64,000 nt of DNA from Candidatus Latescibacterota bacterium (lineage in GTDB: Bacteria > Latescibacterota > UBA2968 > GCA-2709665), in NCBI GenBank assembly GCA_965116875.1, contig OZ220733.1, forward strand, positions 1,376,001 through 1,440,000, in the 5' to 3' direction. Numbering within the stretch: the first letter of the stretch is position 1; the number at the start of each line of letters is the position of its first letter. The notes under the pieces were generated by a model. That model ran no database searches. It was not told the DNA's origin and was given only the letters and a program-made list of their open reading frames with translations. The position numbers were made by a program, and so were the translations under genes. Of the stretch, positions 33,096-42,948 are shown piece by piece.

Positions 33096-33194
33096 CAGCC
33101 CGTTGAAAAAGTCCATCCGGACTACGGCCGGCCCTTGCGGTCGAAAACCTGCGTTGCTCGGCCTCGCCTGCAGAGCGACTTTCTCAACGGACTG
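33096..33194 (+). mobile_element. MITE family A, internally deleted 99-bp copy
   Basis: Both IRs kept; TTAT on both flanks; central ~61 bp missing. Confidence 0.8.
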
Positions 33195-33226
33195 TTATGG
33201 GAACGGGTTGCCGGGAGGGTTTGGAT

Positions 33227-33958
33227 ATGTCGAGGCTCGAAGGGAAAGTCGCGGTGGTAACCGGCGGGAACCAGGGCATCGGGAAGGGAATTGCGCGCGC
33301 GCTGGCCAAAGAGGGCGCGAATCTGGTGTTGACGGCCAGAACGGTGGAAAAACTCGAATCGGCTGCCGAAGAAATGAGGGCCGAGGGCGTGGAGGCGGTT
33401 GCCGCTCCCGCAGACGTTACCGACGAATCGCAGGTGCAGGCGGTGTTTGCGAAAACGATGGAGCGATACGGGAGGGTGGATGTGCTGGTGAATAACGCGG
33501 CGGCCTTTGACGGGGGACGAATCGACGAACTCTCCCTGTCTGCATGGGACTGGGCGATGGCAGTAAACCTGCGCGGACCCTTTCTGTGCACGCGGGAGGC
33601 GTTCCGCATCATGAAGGAACAGGGAGGCGGCCGGATCATCAACATCGGCAGTATTTCCGCACAGCGCGTCCGCCCGAATTCCGCACCTTACAGCACCAGC
33701 AAATTCGGGATTACCGGCCTGACACATGCCACCGCGCTGGACGGCCGGGACTACGGAATTGTCTGCTCCTGCCTGCACCCCGGTAACACGCTGGTGGAAC
33801 GACGCGAGGAATCCGACGCGCCCACGGACGACGAACCGATGATGACGGTGGATGAGCTGGCCCAGGCGGCGGTAACCATGGCGACACTGCCGCTCCACGT
33901 GAATATGCTGGAGGCGATCGTGTTGCCCGTGGGACAGCTGTATGTTGGCAGAGGTTGA
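33227..33958 (+). CDS. Short-chain dehydrogenase/reductase
   Basis: TGGNQGIG, LVNNAA, INIGS, YSTSK. Confidence 0.92.
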   Translation: MSRLEGKVAVVTGGNQGIGKGIARALAKEGANLVLTARTVEKLESAAEEMRAEGVEAVAAPADVTDESQVQAVFAKTMERYGRVDVLVNNAAAFDGGRIDELSLSAWDWAMAVNLRGPFLCTREAFRIMKEQGGGRIINIGSISAQRVRPNSAPYSTSKFGITGLTHATALDGRDYGIVCSCLHPGNTLVERREESDAPTDDEPMMTVDELAQAAVTMATLPLHVNMLEAIVLPVGQLYVGRG

Positions 33959-34085
33959 ATCGATACCTGTGTGTTTCCGGTCAAGTCCGGATCCTGGAAC
34001 GGGATCCGGCCAGAGGCGTTCCGGATCTTATCCTGCCCATTCTGTTTATCCATAGTCTTTGAGTGAATCCGGATATGGAATTTCC

Positions 34086-34114
34086 TTGACTCTCTCGATG
34101 TGATTGTTTAATGT
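34086..34114 (+). promoter_or_regulatory. Sigma70 promoter of the trp/aro cluster
   Basis: TTGACT-N17-TAATGT. Confidence 0.6.
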
Positions 34115-34193
34115 TAGACCGTTCCTGCCGAAGCGGTTGTTTGCCGTTGCGCGGCACGAAACCGGCAGGACACCGGATCGTGGAGGATTGAAC

Positions 34194-34301
34194 GTGACCG
34201 ATCGGAATCGAAACGGGTTTTCCTGGCGTGGGTATTTTTATCGCTCCTACCGGAGGTATTACCGGGAGGCCTCGGATTGTTGTGTCTGCCCACGCGAGTA
34301 A
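34194..34301 (+). CDS. Putative attenuator leader peptide (35 aa, Trp/Tyr/Phe-rich)
   Basis: GGAGGA at 34182-34187, GTG start; MTDRNRNGFSWRGYFYRSYRRYYREASDCCVCPRE; followed by a terminator, then trpE. Confidence 0.75.
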   Translation: MTDRNRNGFSWRGYFYRSYRRYYREASDCCVCPRE

Positions 34302-34326
34302 ACTGCTGAAAGAGACGTAAACCGGG

Positions 34327-34355
34327 CCGTGGGCATCTGCTCACGGTTTTTTTTT
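34327..34355 (+). terminator. Attenuator terminator hairpin (3:4) upstream of trpE
   Basis: ccgtgggc-atct-gctcacgg followed by 9 T. Confidence 0.85.
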
Positions 34356-34423
34356 GATACGGACAACACAGGACGCCGGTGCCGCGAAACAGCGGCACAA
34401 CCGGCCGACTGCCTGGTGAACTC

Positions 34424-35905
34424 GTGAACACACCCGATTTGGAGACGCTGAAGACATTGGCCAGGGGCCGGGGTATCGTTCCAATCTCCCGCGAAATCCT
34501 AGGGGATACGGAAACGCCGGTTTCCGCCTATTTGAAGCTGCGGACCGGAAGTCCCTACAGCTTTCTCTTCGAAAGCGTGGAGGGAGGGGAAAAGATCGGC
34601 CGTTATTCCTTCCTGGGCGTGGAGCCGTTTCTTGCGTTTCGGTCGTGGAAATCCCGGATTGAGATTGAAGATCTGAAGCGGGGCGGCGTAAGGGCATATG
34701 AGGGATCGCCCATCGCCGAGCTCAGGCGCCTGTTGGGAAAATACCGCTCGGCGCAGTTGGAGGGGCTGCCCCGGTTTACCGGCGGAGCCGTGGGATACGT
34801 GGCCTACGATGCAATCCGTCTGGTCGAAAATATCCCGGACCGAACGCGAGACGACCACGGTTTGCCCGACGTCGTGTTGCTCTTCTACGATACGCTTCTT
34901 GGCTTTGACAACGTACGGCAGAAGATCCATCTGATCTCCAATGTACATACCGCGGGAGATATCGAGCGGAATTACCGGGAGGCGGAAGCGCGAATCGATG
35001 CGATGGAAACGGCATTGCGCGGACCGATTCCCGCCAACGGTGTCCCGGCCGGAACGCCGCGCAACCGGGCGAGCGAAATCCGGTCGAACACGGAACGGTC
35101 GGTTTTTCTGGACAAGGTGCGTCGCTGCAAGGAATATATCGTGGCGGGCGATATTTTCCAGGTTGTACTCTCGCAGCGTTTCGAAACCGAGGTCACCGTG
35201 GGATCTCTGGACGTCTACCGCGCGCTGCGCACGGTGAATCCGTCGCCTTATATGTTTCATCTGGACTTCAGTGACGTGCAACTCGTAGGCGCGTCGCCGG
35301 AGCTGCTGGTTCGTGTTGAGAACGGCGTCGTGCAGGTTCGTCCCATTGCGGGCACGCGCTGGAGAGGGGCTACGGAAGAGGAGGATTCCACCCTCGAGGC
35401 GGACCTGCTGGCGGACGAGAAGGAACGTGCGGAGCATATTATGCTACTGGACCTGGGCCGGAACGACGTTGGCCGTGTGTCCCGTTACGATTCCGTACGT
35501 GTAACCGAACAGATGGCGGTTGAGCGCTATTCTCACGTGATGCATATCGTCTCGAACGTTCAGGGGCATCTCAGGGACGGCGTGGATGCGCTGGATGCGC
35601 TGTATGCGTGTTACCCGGCAGGTACCGTTTCCGGCGCGCCCAAGATCCGGGCGATGGAAATTATCGACGAACTGGAGCCGACTCGCCGTGGACCGTACTC
35701 GGGGGCAGTGGGATATATTGATTTTTCGGGCAATATGGACACGTGCATCGCCATACGTACGATGGTGCTTCAGGGGCGCAAGGCGTACGTTCAGGCCGGC
35801 GGAGGGATTGTGTTCGATTCCGTGCCGGAAAACGAACACCTGGAAACGGTAAACAAGGCGAAGGCGCTGTTCAGGGCAGTGGAGCTGGCGGAGGGTGCGG
35901 ATTAG
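34424..35905 (+). CDS. trpE: Anthranilate synthase component I
   Basis: DTETPVSAY, FLFESVEGGEKIGRYSF, GDIFQVVLSQR, NPSPYM, KERAEHIMLLDLGRND; start uncertain. Confidence 0.95.
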   Translation: MNTPDLETLKTLARGRGIVPISREILGDTETPVSAYLKLRTGSPYSFLFESVEGGEKIGRYSFLGVEPFLAFRSWKSRIEIEDLKRGGVRAYEGSPIAELRRLLGKYRSAQLEGLPRFTGGAVGYVAYDAIRLVENIPDRTRDDHGLPDVVLLFYDTLLGFDNVRQKIHLISNVHTAGDIERNYREAEARIDAMETALRGPIPANGVPAGTPRNRASEIRSNTERSVFLDKVRRCKEYIVAGDIFQVVLSQRFETEVTVGSLDVYRALRTVNPSPYMFHLDFSDVQLVGASPELLVRVENGVVQVRPIAGTRWRGATEEEDSTLEADLLADEKERAEHIMLLDLGRNDVGRVSRYDSVRVTEQMAVERYSHVMHIVSNVQGHLRDGVDALDALYACYPAGTVSGAPKIRAMEIIDELEPTRRGPYSGAVGYIDFSGNMDTCIAIRTMVLQGRKAYVQAGGGIVFDSVPENEHLETVNKAKALFRAVELAEGAD

Positions 35906-35934
35906 CATTGGCGATGTACACTACGATTCTCTAA

Positions 35935-36096
35935 GAAGCTGTCTTAGAATTCCCAGCGGTCTTCGCGCGGCTGCAAGAGCGCCGGTCGGCGTTGGTCAAA
36001 TCCACCCGTATAGACAAATATGGGCGAATTTTCCCGCCTTGACCGCCACTCTTTCGCTCGCGCTCGGGAACTCGCCGGTAATTTTAAAACAGCTTC
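35935..36096 (+). mobile_element. MITE family B, full 162-bp copy between trpE and trpG
   Basis: IRs gaagctgtcttagaatt / aattttaaaacagcttc; TAA on both flanks. Confidence 0.85.
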
Positions 36097-36119
36097 TAAC
36101 AATCAGACCTGATTGATCT

Positions 36120-36683
36120 ATGATCCTGGTAATCGACAATTACGATTCGTTCACGTACAATCTGGTCCAGTATCTGGGCGAGTTGGGCGCCCGGATGGAG
36201 GTGTATCGGAACGATCAGATTGAACTTGACCGGATTGACGCGACTCTACCGGAGAAGGTGGTGATTTCGCCCGGCCCCTGCACGCCGAACGAGGCGGGAG
36301 TCAGCGTGGACCTGATCCGGCGATTTGCCGGGCGGATTCCGATGCTGGGGGTCTGTCTCGGGCACCAGTGCATCGGACAGGCCTTTGGCGGCAAGGTCGT
36401 GGGGGCGCCGGCAATTTTCCACGGGAAAGTGTCCGAGATTCATCACGACGGTCGTACGGTTTTCCGGGATATGTCCCAACCCTTCATCGCAACGCGATAC
36501 CATTCGCTGATGGTCGAGCGGGAGAGCCTGCCGGACTGCCTCGAAGTGTCCGCGCAGACGCACAACGGAATCATCATGGGTTTACGGCACAGGAAATATC
36601 CGGTTGAGGGCGTGCAGTTTCATCCCGAGTCCATATTGACGGCCGAGGGAAAAGTGTTGTTGAGGAATTTTCTGGAAGGCTGA
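36120..36683 (+). CDS. trpG: Anthranilate synthase component II (glutamine amidotransferase)
   Basis: [34 protein letters not shown]. Confidence 0.95.
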   Translation: MILVIDNYDSFTYNLVQYLGELGARMEVYRNDQIELDRIDATLPEKVVISPGPCTPNEAGVSVDLIRRFAGRIPMLGVCLGHQCIGQAFGGKVVGAPAIFHGKVSEIHHDGRTVFRDMSQPFIATRYHSLMVERESLPDCLEVSAQTHNGIIMGLRHRKYPVEGVQFHPESILTAEGKVLLRNFLEG

Positions 36684-36688
36684 ACTAG

Positions 36689-36848
36689 CAGCCCGTTGAA
36701 AAAGCCCATCCGGGCTGCGGCCGGCCCTTGCGGTCGAAATACTGCGTTGCGCTCCCTCGCCGAATCAAGGGATGGGACTCGGTCGCGCGCCTTGTCTTCG
36801 ACCACAATGACTCGGCCTCGCCTGCAGAGCGACTTTATCAACGGACTG
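36689..36848 (+). mobile_element. MITE family A, full 160-bp copy between trpG and trpD
   Basis: Same IRs; flanks CTAG / TTAG (one mismatch). Confidence 0.85.
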
Positions 36849-36901
36849 TTAGGGGACCGGAAGCCGGTTCCGTTCTCTTCTCGCATTTCAGGGAGACGGC
36901 T

Positions 36902-37915
36902 ATGGCGATACAGGATGCGATCGCGAAACTGATCGAGGGGCAGGACCTCGCGCGTGAACGGATGATCGGGGCGATGAACCGGATCATGTCGGGTGGGGCC
37001 ACGGACGCGCAGATCGGCGCTTTCCTGGTGGCTCTCCGGGTCAAGGGCGAAACAGTCGAGGAAATTGCCGGCGCCGCCAGGGTGATGAGGGAGAAGGCGA
37101 CACGGGTCGACACGCGGCACGCGACCGTGGTCGATACATGCGGTACCGGAGGCGACGGTTCGGGAACGTTCAATATCTCCACGGCGGCGGCGTTTGTCGT
37201 GGCCGGCGCGGGATTGTGTGTCGCCAAACATGGCAACCGCGCCGCATCCAGCCTCTGTGGCAGCGCCGACGTTCTGAAGGAACTGGGGGTGAACATCGAA
37301 GCGTCGCCGGAGACGATGGGGCGGTGTCTGGACGAGGCGGGAATCGGGTTTCTCTTTGCTCCGGCCTTGCACGGCGCCATGAAATTTGCGATCGGACCCA
37401 GGCGGGAACTCGGGGTGCGCACGATTTTCAACGCCCTGGGACCGCTGACGAATCCGGCAGGCGCCACCCGGCACCTGATCGGGGTATACAGCCGGTCTCT
37501 GACCGACACGCTGGCGGAGGTATTGCGAACACTGGAATCGGAACGCGCGTTTGTGGTACACGGGCTGGACGGACTTGACGAGATCACCACGACCGGACCG
37601 ACGCAGGTGAGCGAGTTGAATGACGGGACCGTCTCCACGTACGAAATCACGCCCGAGGACCTGGGCATCTCAAGGGCTTCGCCGGGCGACCTGGCGGGAG
37701 GCAGCGCCGAGACCAATGCGGCGATCCTGCGCAGGGTGCTGCATGGCGAGCCCGGTCCGCGGCTTGACGTCGTTCTGCTGAACGCGGCGGCCGCAATTGT
37801 AGCGGGCGCCGCCGCGGATGATCTGCCGGCGGCTATTGAGCTGGCCAGGGAGACCGTGGATTCGGGGCGGGCGATCGAAAAACTGGAAAAACTCAAGCTG
37901 GTTTCGGCCGGATAA
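36902..37915 (+). CDS. trpD: Anthranilate phosphoribosyltransferase
   Basis: DTCGTGGDG..TFNIST, AKHGNR, GSADVL, RTIFN.LGPLTNP, DGLDE. Confidence 0.96.
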   Translation: MAIQDAIAKLIEGQDLARERMIGAMNRIMSGGATDAQIGAFLVALRVKGETVEEIAGAARVMREKATRVDTRHATVVDTCGTGGDGSGTFNISTAAAFVVAGAGLCVAKHGNRAASSLCGSADVLKELGVNIEASPETMGRCLDEAGIGFLFAPALHGAMKFAIGPRRELGVRTIFNALGPLTNPAGATRHLIGVYSRSLTDTLAEVLRTLESERAFVVHGLDGLDEITTTGPTQVSELNDGTVSTYEITPEDLGISRASPGDLAGGSAETNAAILRRVLHGEPGPRLDVVLLNAAAAIVAGAAADDLPAAIELARETVDSGRAIEKLEKLKLVSAG

Positions 37916-37916
37916 A

Positions 37917-38708
37917 ATGGCTACCATCCTGGATGAGATCATCGCATACAAAAGACGCGTTGTGGCCGAGGCAAAACAGCGGATTTCGCCTGAGGACTTG
38001 CGTACACAGGCCGGCCGGACGCGGAAGCCGGGCTCCCTGACGGAATGCCTGACCGCCGTTGAGGATATCGCGCTCATAGCCGAAATAAAAAAGGCATCCC
38101 CATCGAAAGGGGTGATCAGGAAAGACTTCGATCCGGTTGCAATCGGCCGGGCCTACGAGAAAAACGGCGCGGCGGCAATTTCCGTGCTTACGGACGAGAA
38201 GTATTTTCAGGGCTCCAACGCGGGCCTGAGTGCCGTAAGCGAAGCCGTTCAATTGCCGATACTCCGCAAGGATTTCGTGATCGATCCGTATCAGATTCTC
38301 GAAGCCAGGACAATCGGTGCGGCCGCGGTTCTGCTGATTGTCTCGGCGCTCTCGAAACCTGCACTGTCGGAGATGCTCTCAGTCTGCAGAGATTTGGAAC
38401 TGGACGCCCTGGTGGAAGTACATACCAGGGAGGAAGCGAGTATGGCGCTGGATGCCGGCGCGGATCTTGTGGGGGTGAACAACCGCGACCTGAAGACGTT
38501 CGAGACCGATCTGCGAACCACGTTCGACCTGATTGAACATTTTCAGGGAAATCCGGTTATTGTAAGCGAGAGCGGGATCGAGACCAGAAACGACGTCGTC
38601 CGGTTGAGGGATGCCGGCGTGGATGCGGTGCTGGTCGGGGAACATCTGATGCGTCATCCCGACGTCGGCCGGAAGCTTCGGGCGCTGCTGGGCAAGGAAG
38701 GCGGGTGA
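37917..38708 (+). CDS. trpC: Indole-3-glycerol phosphate synthase
   Basis: LIAEIKKASPSKG, ISVLTD, LRKDF, GVNNRDL, SESGI. Confidence 0.96.
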   Translation: MATILDEIIAYKRRVVAEAKQRISPEDLRTQAGRTRKPGSLTECLTAVEDIALIAEIKKASPSKGVIRKDFDPVAIGRAYEKNGAAAISVLTDEKYFQGSNAGLSAVSEAVQLPILRKDFVIDPYQILEARTIGAAAVLLIVSALSKPALSEMLSVCRDLELDALVEVHTREEASMALDAGADLVGVNNRDLKTFETDLRTTFDLIEHFQGNPVIVSESGIETRNDVVRLRDAGVDAVLVGEHLMRHPDVGRKLRALLGKEGG

Positions 38709-39349
38709 CCGGACTCATGGTTCGTGTGAAGATTTGCGGGATCACAAATCCGGAGGATGCTCTCTTTTCGGTCGCACACGGTGTGGACGCGCTCGGGTTC
38801 ATCTTCTACGAGCACAGCCCGCGATACGTACCCCCGGAACGCGTGAGCGATATTGTTTCGGCGTTGCCGCCGTTCGTGACTCCGGTAGGGGTTTTCGTGA
38901 ATACGGACAGGGCGGAGATCCTGAAAACCGTGCGGTCAACCGGAATACGGGCGGTCCAGTTGCACGGCGACGAAACGCCGGCCGACTGTCTGGGATATCC
39001 GTTTCCGGTCATCCGCGCATTGCGGGTTGGTGACGGATTCGATCCTGCTTCCCTGAGCGACTATCCGGTAAACACGTTTTTGCTGGATACGGCCAGGAAG
39101 GGATGGTACGGCGGCACCGGAGAGACCTTTGACTGGCGGTTGGCAAGGGCGGCAACCGCACACGGGCGGATCATCCTCTCGGGAGGAATGGATCCGTCGA
39201 ACGTGGCAGAAGCGGTCCGAACGGTGAATCCGTACGCCGTAGACTGCGGCAGCGGTGTTGAAGCCGCGCCGGGCCGGAAAGACCATGCCAGAATCCGGGA
39301 ATTCCTGGGTGCGCTCCGCCTTGTGAACCGCCACAATCAGCCTGCATGA
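38705..39349 (+). CDS. trpF: Phosphoribosylanthranilate isomerase
   Basis: VKICGIT, SPRYV, QLHGDE, GGTGETFDW, GVEAAPGRKD. Confidence 0.95.
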   Translation: MTGLMVRVKICGITNPEDALFSVAHGVDALGFIFYEHSPRYVPPERVSDIVSALPPFVTPVGVFVNTDRAEILKTVRSTGIRAVQLHGDETPADCLGYPFPVIRALRVGDGFDPASLSDYPVNTFLLDTARKGWYGGTGETFDWRLARAATAHGRIILSGGMDPSNVAEAVRTVNPYAVDCGSGVEAAPGRKDHARIREFLGALRLVNRHNQPA

Positions 39350-39384
39350 ATCCACTATTGCGAATTTGACCGGAGCCCAATTCC

Positions 39385-40647
39385 GTGGATATATTGAAAG
39401 ATCTGGACCATCGGGGGTACCTCTTTCAGGTAACGGACCCCGATGGACTCAAGTCGCGGCTGACCGATGGGCCCATAACGCTCTATTCAGGGTTCGACCC
39501 CACGGCCGACAGCCTGCACGTGGGCAATCTGATACCCATTCTCGGATTGCGGCGGTTTCAGTTGGCCGGGCATCATCCAATCGGGCTTATCGGGGGAGGC
39601 ACGGGGCTGATAGGCGATCCGAGCGGCAGCAAGGAAGAACGTCCGTTGAACCCGCCCGAATTGATCGCGGAATATACCGGAAAACTTACAGAACAACTCG
39701 CCAGGTTCCTCGATTTCGAGACGGGAACCAATCCCGCCCGTGTGGTCAGCAATCTGGGATGGCTCTCCGAACTGAAGGCGATTGATTTCCTGAGGGACAC
39801 GGGCAAGCACTTCTCCATGGGCTATATGCTGGCGAAAGAGTCCGTGGCTTCCCGGCTGGAGACCGGGATTTCATTCACCGAGTTCAGCTATATGGTCATT
39901 CAGGCCTATGATTTCATGGAGTTGTATCAGACGCGCGGATGCGAACTTCAGATTGGCGGGAGCGATCAATGGGGCAACATCACAGCGGGCATCGAGCTGA
40001 TCCGGCGCCGGATGGGCAAACAGGCGCACGGCCTGACGTTTCCACTGCTTGAAAAGGCCGACGGCTCCAAGTTCGGAAAGACGGCATCCGGCACCGTCTG
40101 GCTCGACGCGGAAAAAACGACGCCCTACCAGTTCTACCAGCACTGGATCAATACGGACGACCGGGACGTCGTGAAGTTTCTGAAGCTGTTTACCTTTCTT
40201 GCCGGGAGTGACATTGAAAATCTGGAAATGGAGGCGGCACAACACCCCGGGAAGCGAGAGGCACAGCGGGTGCTGGCGGAGGAAGTCACCACGCTCGTAC
40301 ACGACAGGTCGGCCGCGGAAAGGGCGCGGCGGATTTCCAACGCGCTGTTTTACGGGGACCTGAAAGACCTGAGTGCCAGAGAGATCGAGGAAGGGTTCAG
40401 CGACGTGCCGTCTCAGACGCTCAATGGCATTTCAGGCGTGGAACTGATGAATCTGCTGGTCGACGTTGGCATTTCATCCTCCATGCGCCAGGCGCGGGAA
40501 GATATCCGGTCCGGCGCGATATCCGTCAATGGCCGGCGATGCGCCGATACGGGCATGATGCTTGAACCCTCGGACAGAATCGCAGGGAGGTACGTGGTCG
40601 TGCGCCGGGGCAAACGGCGCTACTTTCTCGTGCGCTGGAATCTCTGA
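39385..40647 (+). CDS. tyrS: Tyrosine--tRNA ligase
   Basis: GFDPTADSLHVGN, IGDPSG, QIGGSDQWGNI, KFGKT, C-terminal S4-like RRGKR. Confidence 0.97.
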   Translation: MDILKDLDHRGYLFQVTDPDGLKSRLTDGPITLYSGFDPTADSLHVGNLIPILGLRRFQLAGHHPIGLIGGGTGLIGDPSGSKEERPLNPPELIAEYTGKLTEQLARFLDFETGTNPARVVSNLGWLSELKAIDFLRDTGKHFSMGYMLAKESVASRLETGISFTEFSYMVIQAYDFMELYQTRGCELQIGGSDQWGNITAGIELIRRRMGKQAHGLTFPLLEKADGSKFGKTASGTVWLDAEKTTPYQFYQHWINTDDRDVVKFLKLFTFLAGSDIENLEMEAAQHPGKREAQRVLAEEVTTLVHDRSAAERARRISNALFYGDLKDLSAREIEEGFSDVPSQTLNGISGVELMNLLVDVGISSSMRQAREDIRSGAISVNGRRCADTGMMLEPSDRIAGRYVVVRRGKRRYFLVRWNL

Positions 40648-40743
40648 CGGGAGGAAGCCGGACCGCGGTTGCGTACCAGGCCGCAATGCATGATATGAAG
40701 ACCCGAAAACCAGCATGGATAACTTCAGGAGAGGATCCCTTCA

Positions 40744-41721
40744 ATGAAAGCACCCTGGATTACCTATCGGCCGGAACTCAAGGTACTGGACTGTACGATT
40801 CGAGACGGCGGATTGATGAACGACCACCAGTTTCCCAATGATTTCGTAAAGGCGGTCTATGAGACCTGCGTCGACGCGGGCGTCGACTATATGGAAATCG
40901 GATACCGGAACTCCAAGGAGATGTTTCCGAAAAAACAATTCGGAGCCTTCCGGCACAGCGACGAAGAAGATATCCGCAGGATCACGGGGGACCACGACTC
41001 TGAAGCAACCGGCCTGAAGCTCGCCATCATGGCCGATGCAGGCAAGAGCGACTGGGCGGAAGATATCCTGCCGGCCAGCGAAAGCGTGGTCAGCATGGTT
41101 CGGGTGGCCTGCTACGTCGAGCAGATTCCCGAGACAGTTGAAATGCTCTGCGACGCCCACGAGAAGGGATATGAAACCAGTTGCAACATCATGGCCATAT
41201 CGACCGTGCAGGAAGTCGAGATCGATCAGGCGCTGGAGGTCCTCGTACAGACGCCTGTCGGAACGATCTGCGTTGTAGACAGCTTCGGCGCATTGTACCG
41301 CGAGCAGGTGGATATGCTCATCCGGAAGTATATGGATGCCGTGGAAGGAACGGGAAAGGAAGTGGGCATTCACGCGCACAACAACCAGCAGCTGGCATTC
41401 GCCAATACCATCGAAGCGCTTATTCTGGGCGCCAACCGCGTTGATGCCACGGTGGACGGACTTGGCCGCGGCGCAGGGAATTGCCCGCTTGAACTGCTGC
41501 TCGGTTTCCTGCGCAATCCGAAATTCAGGATTCGACCCGTCTACAAGCTGCTGGAAGACCATTTTGTCGGATTGCGCGAGCAATTGACGTGGGGACCCCT
41601 TGTACCGTACAACATCACAGGGCAGCACAACCAGCATCCCCGTTCGGCGATGGCGCTTCTGGACGGGGACGACCGCGACTGCTATCTGGCGTTCTACGAT
41701 CAGGTGATGAGGGACATCTAG
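40744..41721 (+). CDS. HMGL-like (DRE-TIM) aldolase/lyase-family protein
   Basis: [37 protein letters not shown]. Confidence 0.85.
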   Translation: MKAPWITYRPELKVLDCTIRDGGLMNDHQFPNDFVKAVYETCVDAGVDYMEIGYRNSKEMFPKKQFGAFRHSDEEDIRRITGDHDSEATGLKLAIMADAGKSDWAEDILPASESVVSMVRVACYVEQIPETVEMLCDAHEKGYETSCNIMAISTVQEVEIDQALEVLVQTPVGTICVVDSFGALYREQVDMLIRKYMDAVEGTGKEVGIHAHNNQQLAFANTIEALILGANRVDATVDGLGRGAGNCPLELLLGFLRNPKFRIRPVYKLLEDHFVGLREQLTWGPLVPYNITGQHNQHPRSAMALLDGDDRDCYLAFYDQVMRDI

Positions 41722-42926
41722 TGCTCAACAGAGACGAAGCCGCACGGACCTGGCCGGACGCCGGTGGGCACTTCGGACCCTACGGCGGGCGCTATGTGCC
41801 GGAAACGTTGATGCCGTTGCTCGAGGACCTGGAGGCCGCCTACCGCGATGCGAGGGACCGTCCGGATTTTCGCGAGGAACTGGACCGGTATCTCAGGGAA
41901 TTTATCGGAAGGCCCACGCCACTCTATTTCGCGCAGCGACTTTCCGAAGAACTGGGCGGGGCCAGGATCTATCTGAAACGGGAGGACCTCGCCCACACCG
42001 GCGCGCACAAGATCAACAACACGATGGGGCAGATTCTGCTTGCCAGACGCATGGGCAAAACACGGATCATTGCCGAAACGGGCGCCGGGCAGCACGGCGT
42101 AGCGACCGCAACCGTAGCTGCGATGTTCGGACTGAAGTGCGAGATTTACATGGGCACCGAGGACATGGACCGGCAGGCGTTGAACGTGTTCCGGATGCAA
42201 CTCCTGGGAGCAAAAGTAACCGGCGTGGATTCGGGAAGCAGGACGCTCAAGGATGCGATCAACGAAGCAATCCGGGACTGGGTGACGAATGTGGACGATA
42301 CGTTCTATATTTTCGGATCCGTCCTGGGACCACACCCGTATCCAATGATCGTACGGGATTTTCAACGGGTGATCGGGGTGGAGACGCGCGCGCAGATCCT
42401 GTGCGCCGAAGGCCGGTTGCCGGACTGTCTGATTGCATGCGTCGGCGGCGGCAGCAATTCAATGGGTCTGTTTCACGCGTTTCTGGACGATACGGACGTG
42501 CGTATGATCGGCGTCGAAGCAGGAGGCCATGGCATTGACTCGGGTGACCACGCCGCCCGGTTTCAGGGAGGAGATCTGGGCGTACTGCACGGTGCCAGGA
42601 TATACCTCCTGCAGGACGAGGACGGGCAGATCGCACTGACCCATTCGGTATCGGCAGGCCTGGACTATTCCGGCGTGGGACCCGAGCACTGTCTCCTGCG
42701 GGATGAGGGTCGGATCGAGTATGCGTATGCAACCGACGACGAAGCCCTGAAGGGGTTCCAGCAGTTGAGTCGCACGGAGGGGATCATTCCCGCGCTGGAA
42801 AGCGCGCACGCGATCGCGCACGTGTCGAAGGCGGCGCCCGGAATGGAAAAGGACGCCGTAATCGTGGCGAATCTTTCCGGCCGCGGCGACAAAGACGTAC
42901 AGCAGGCGGCGAAGCACCTGGAGTAG
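41721..42926 (+). CDS. trpB: Tryptophan synthase beta chain
   Basis: [53 protein letters not shown]; GTG start overlaps the upstream stop. Confidence 0.97.
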   Translation: MLNRDEAARTWPDAGGHFGPYGGRYVPETLMPLLEDLEAAYRDARDRPDFREELDRYLREFIGRPTPLYFAQRLSEELGGARIYLKREDLAHTGAHKINNTMGQILLARRMGKTRIIAETGAGQHGVATATVAAMFGLKCEIYMGTEDMDRQALNVFRMQLLGAKVTGVDSGSRTLKDAINEAIRDWVTNVDDTFYIFGSVLGPHPYPMIVRDFQRVIGVETRAQILCAEGRLPDCLIACVGGGSNSMGLFHAFLDDTDVRMIGVEAGGHGIDSGDHAARFQGGDLGVLHGARIYLLQDEDGQIALTHSVSAGLDYSGVGPEHCLLRDEGRIEYAYATDDEALKGFQQLSRTEGIIPALESAHAIAHVSKAAPGMEKDAVIVANLSGRGDKDVQQAAKHLE

Positions 42927-42948
42927 TGCGTAGCACGGAGTTGCCCTG

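Noticed and set aside
34115-34355. T-box riboswitch as the explanation for the trpE leader
   Set aside because: A TGGCGTGG word is present but not the T-box UGGNACC bulge or a recognisable stem I; the SD-led aromatic uORF fits ribosome-mediated attenuation better.
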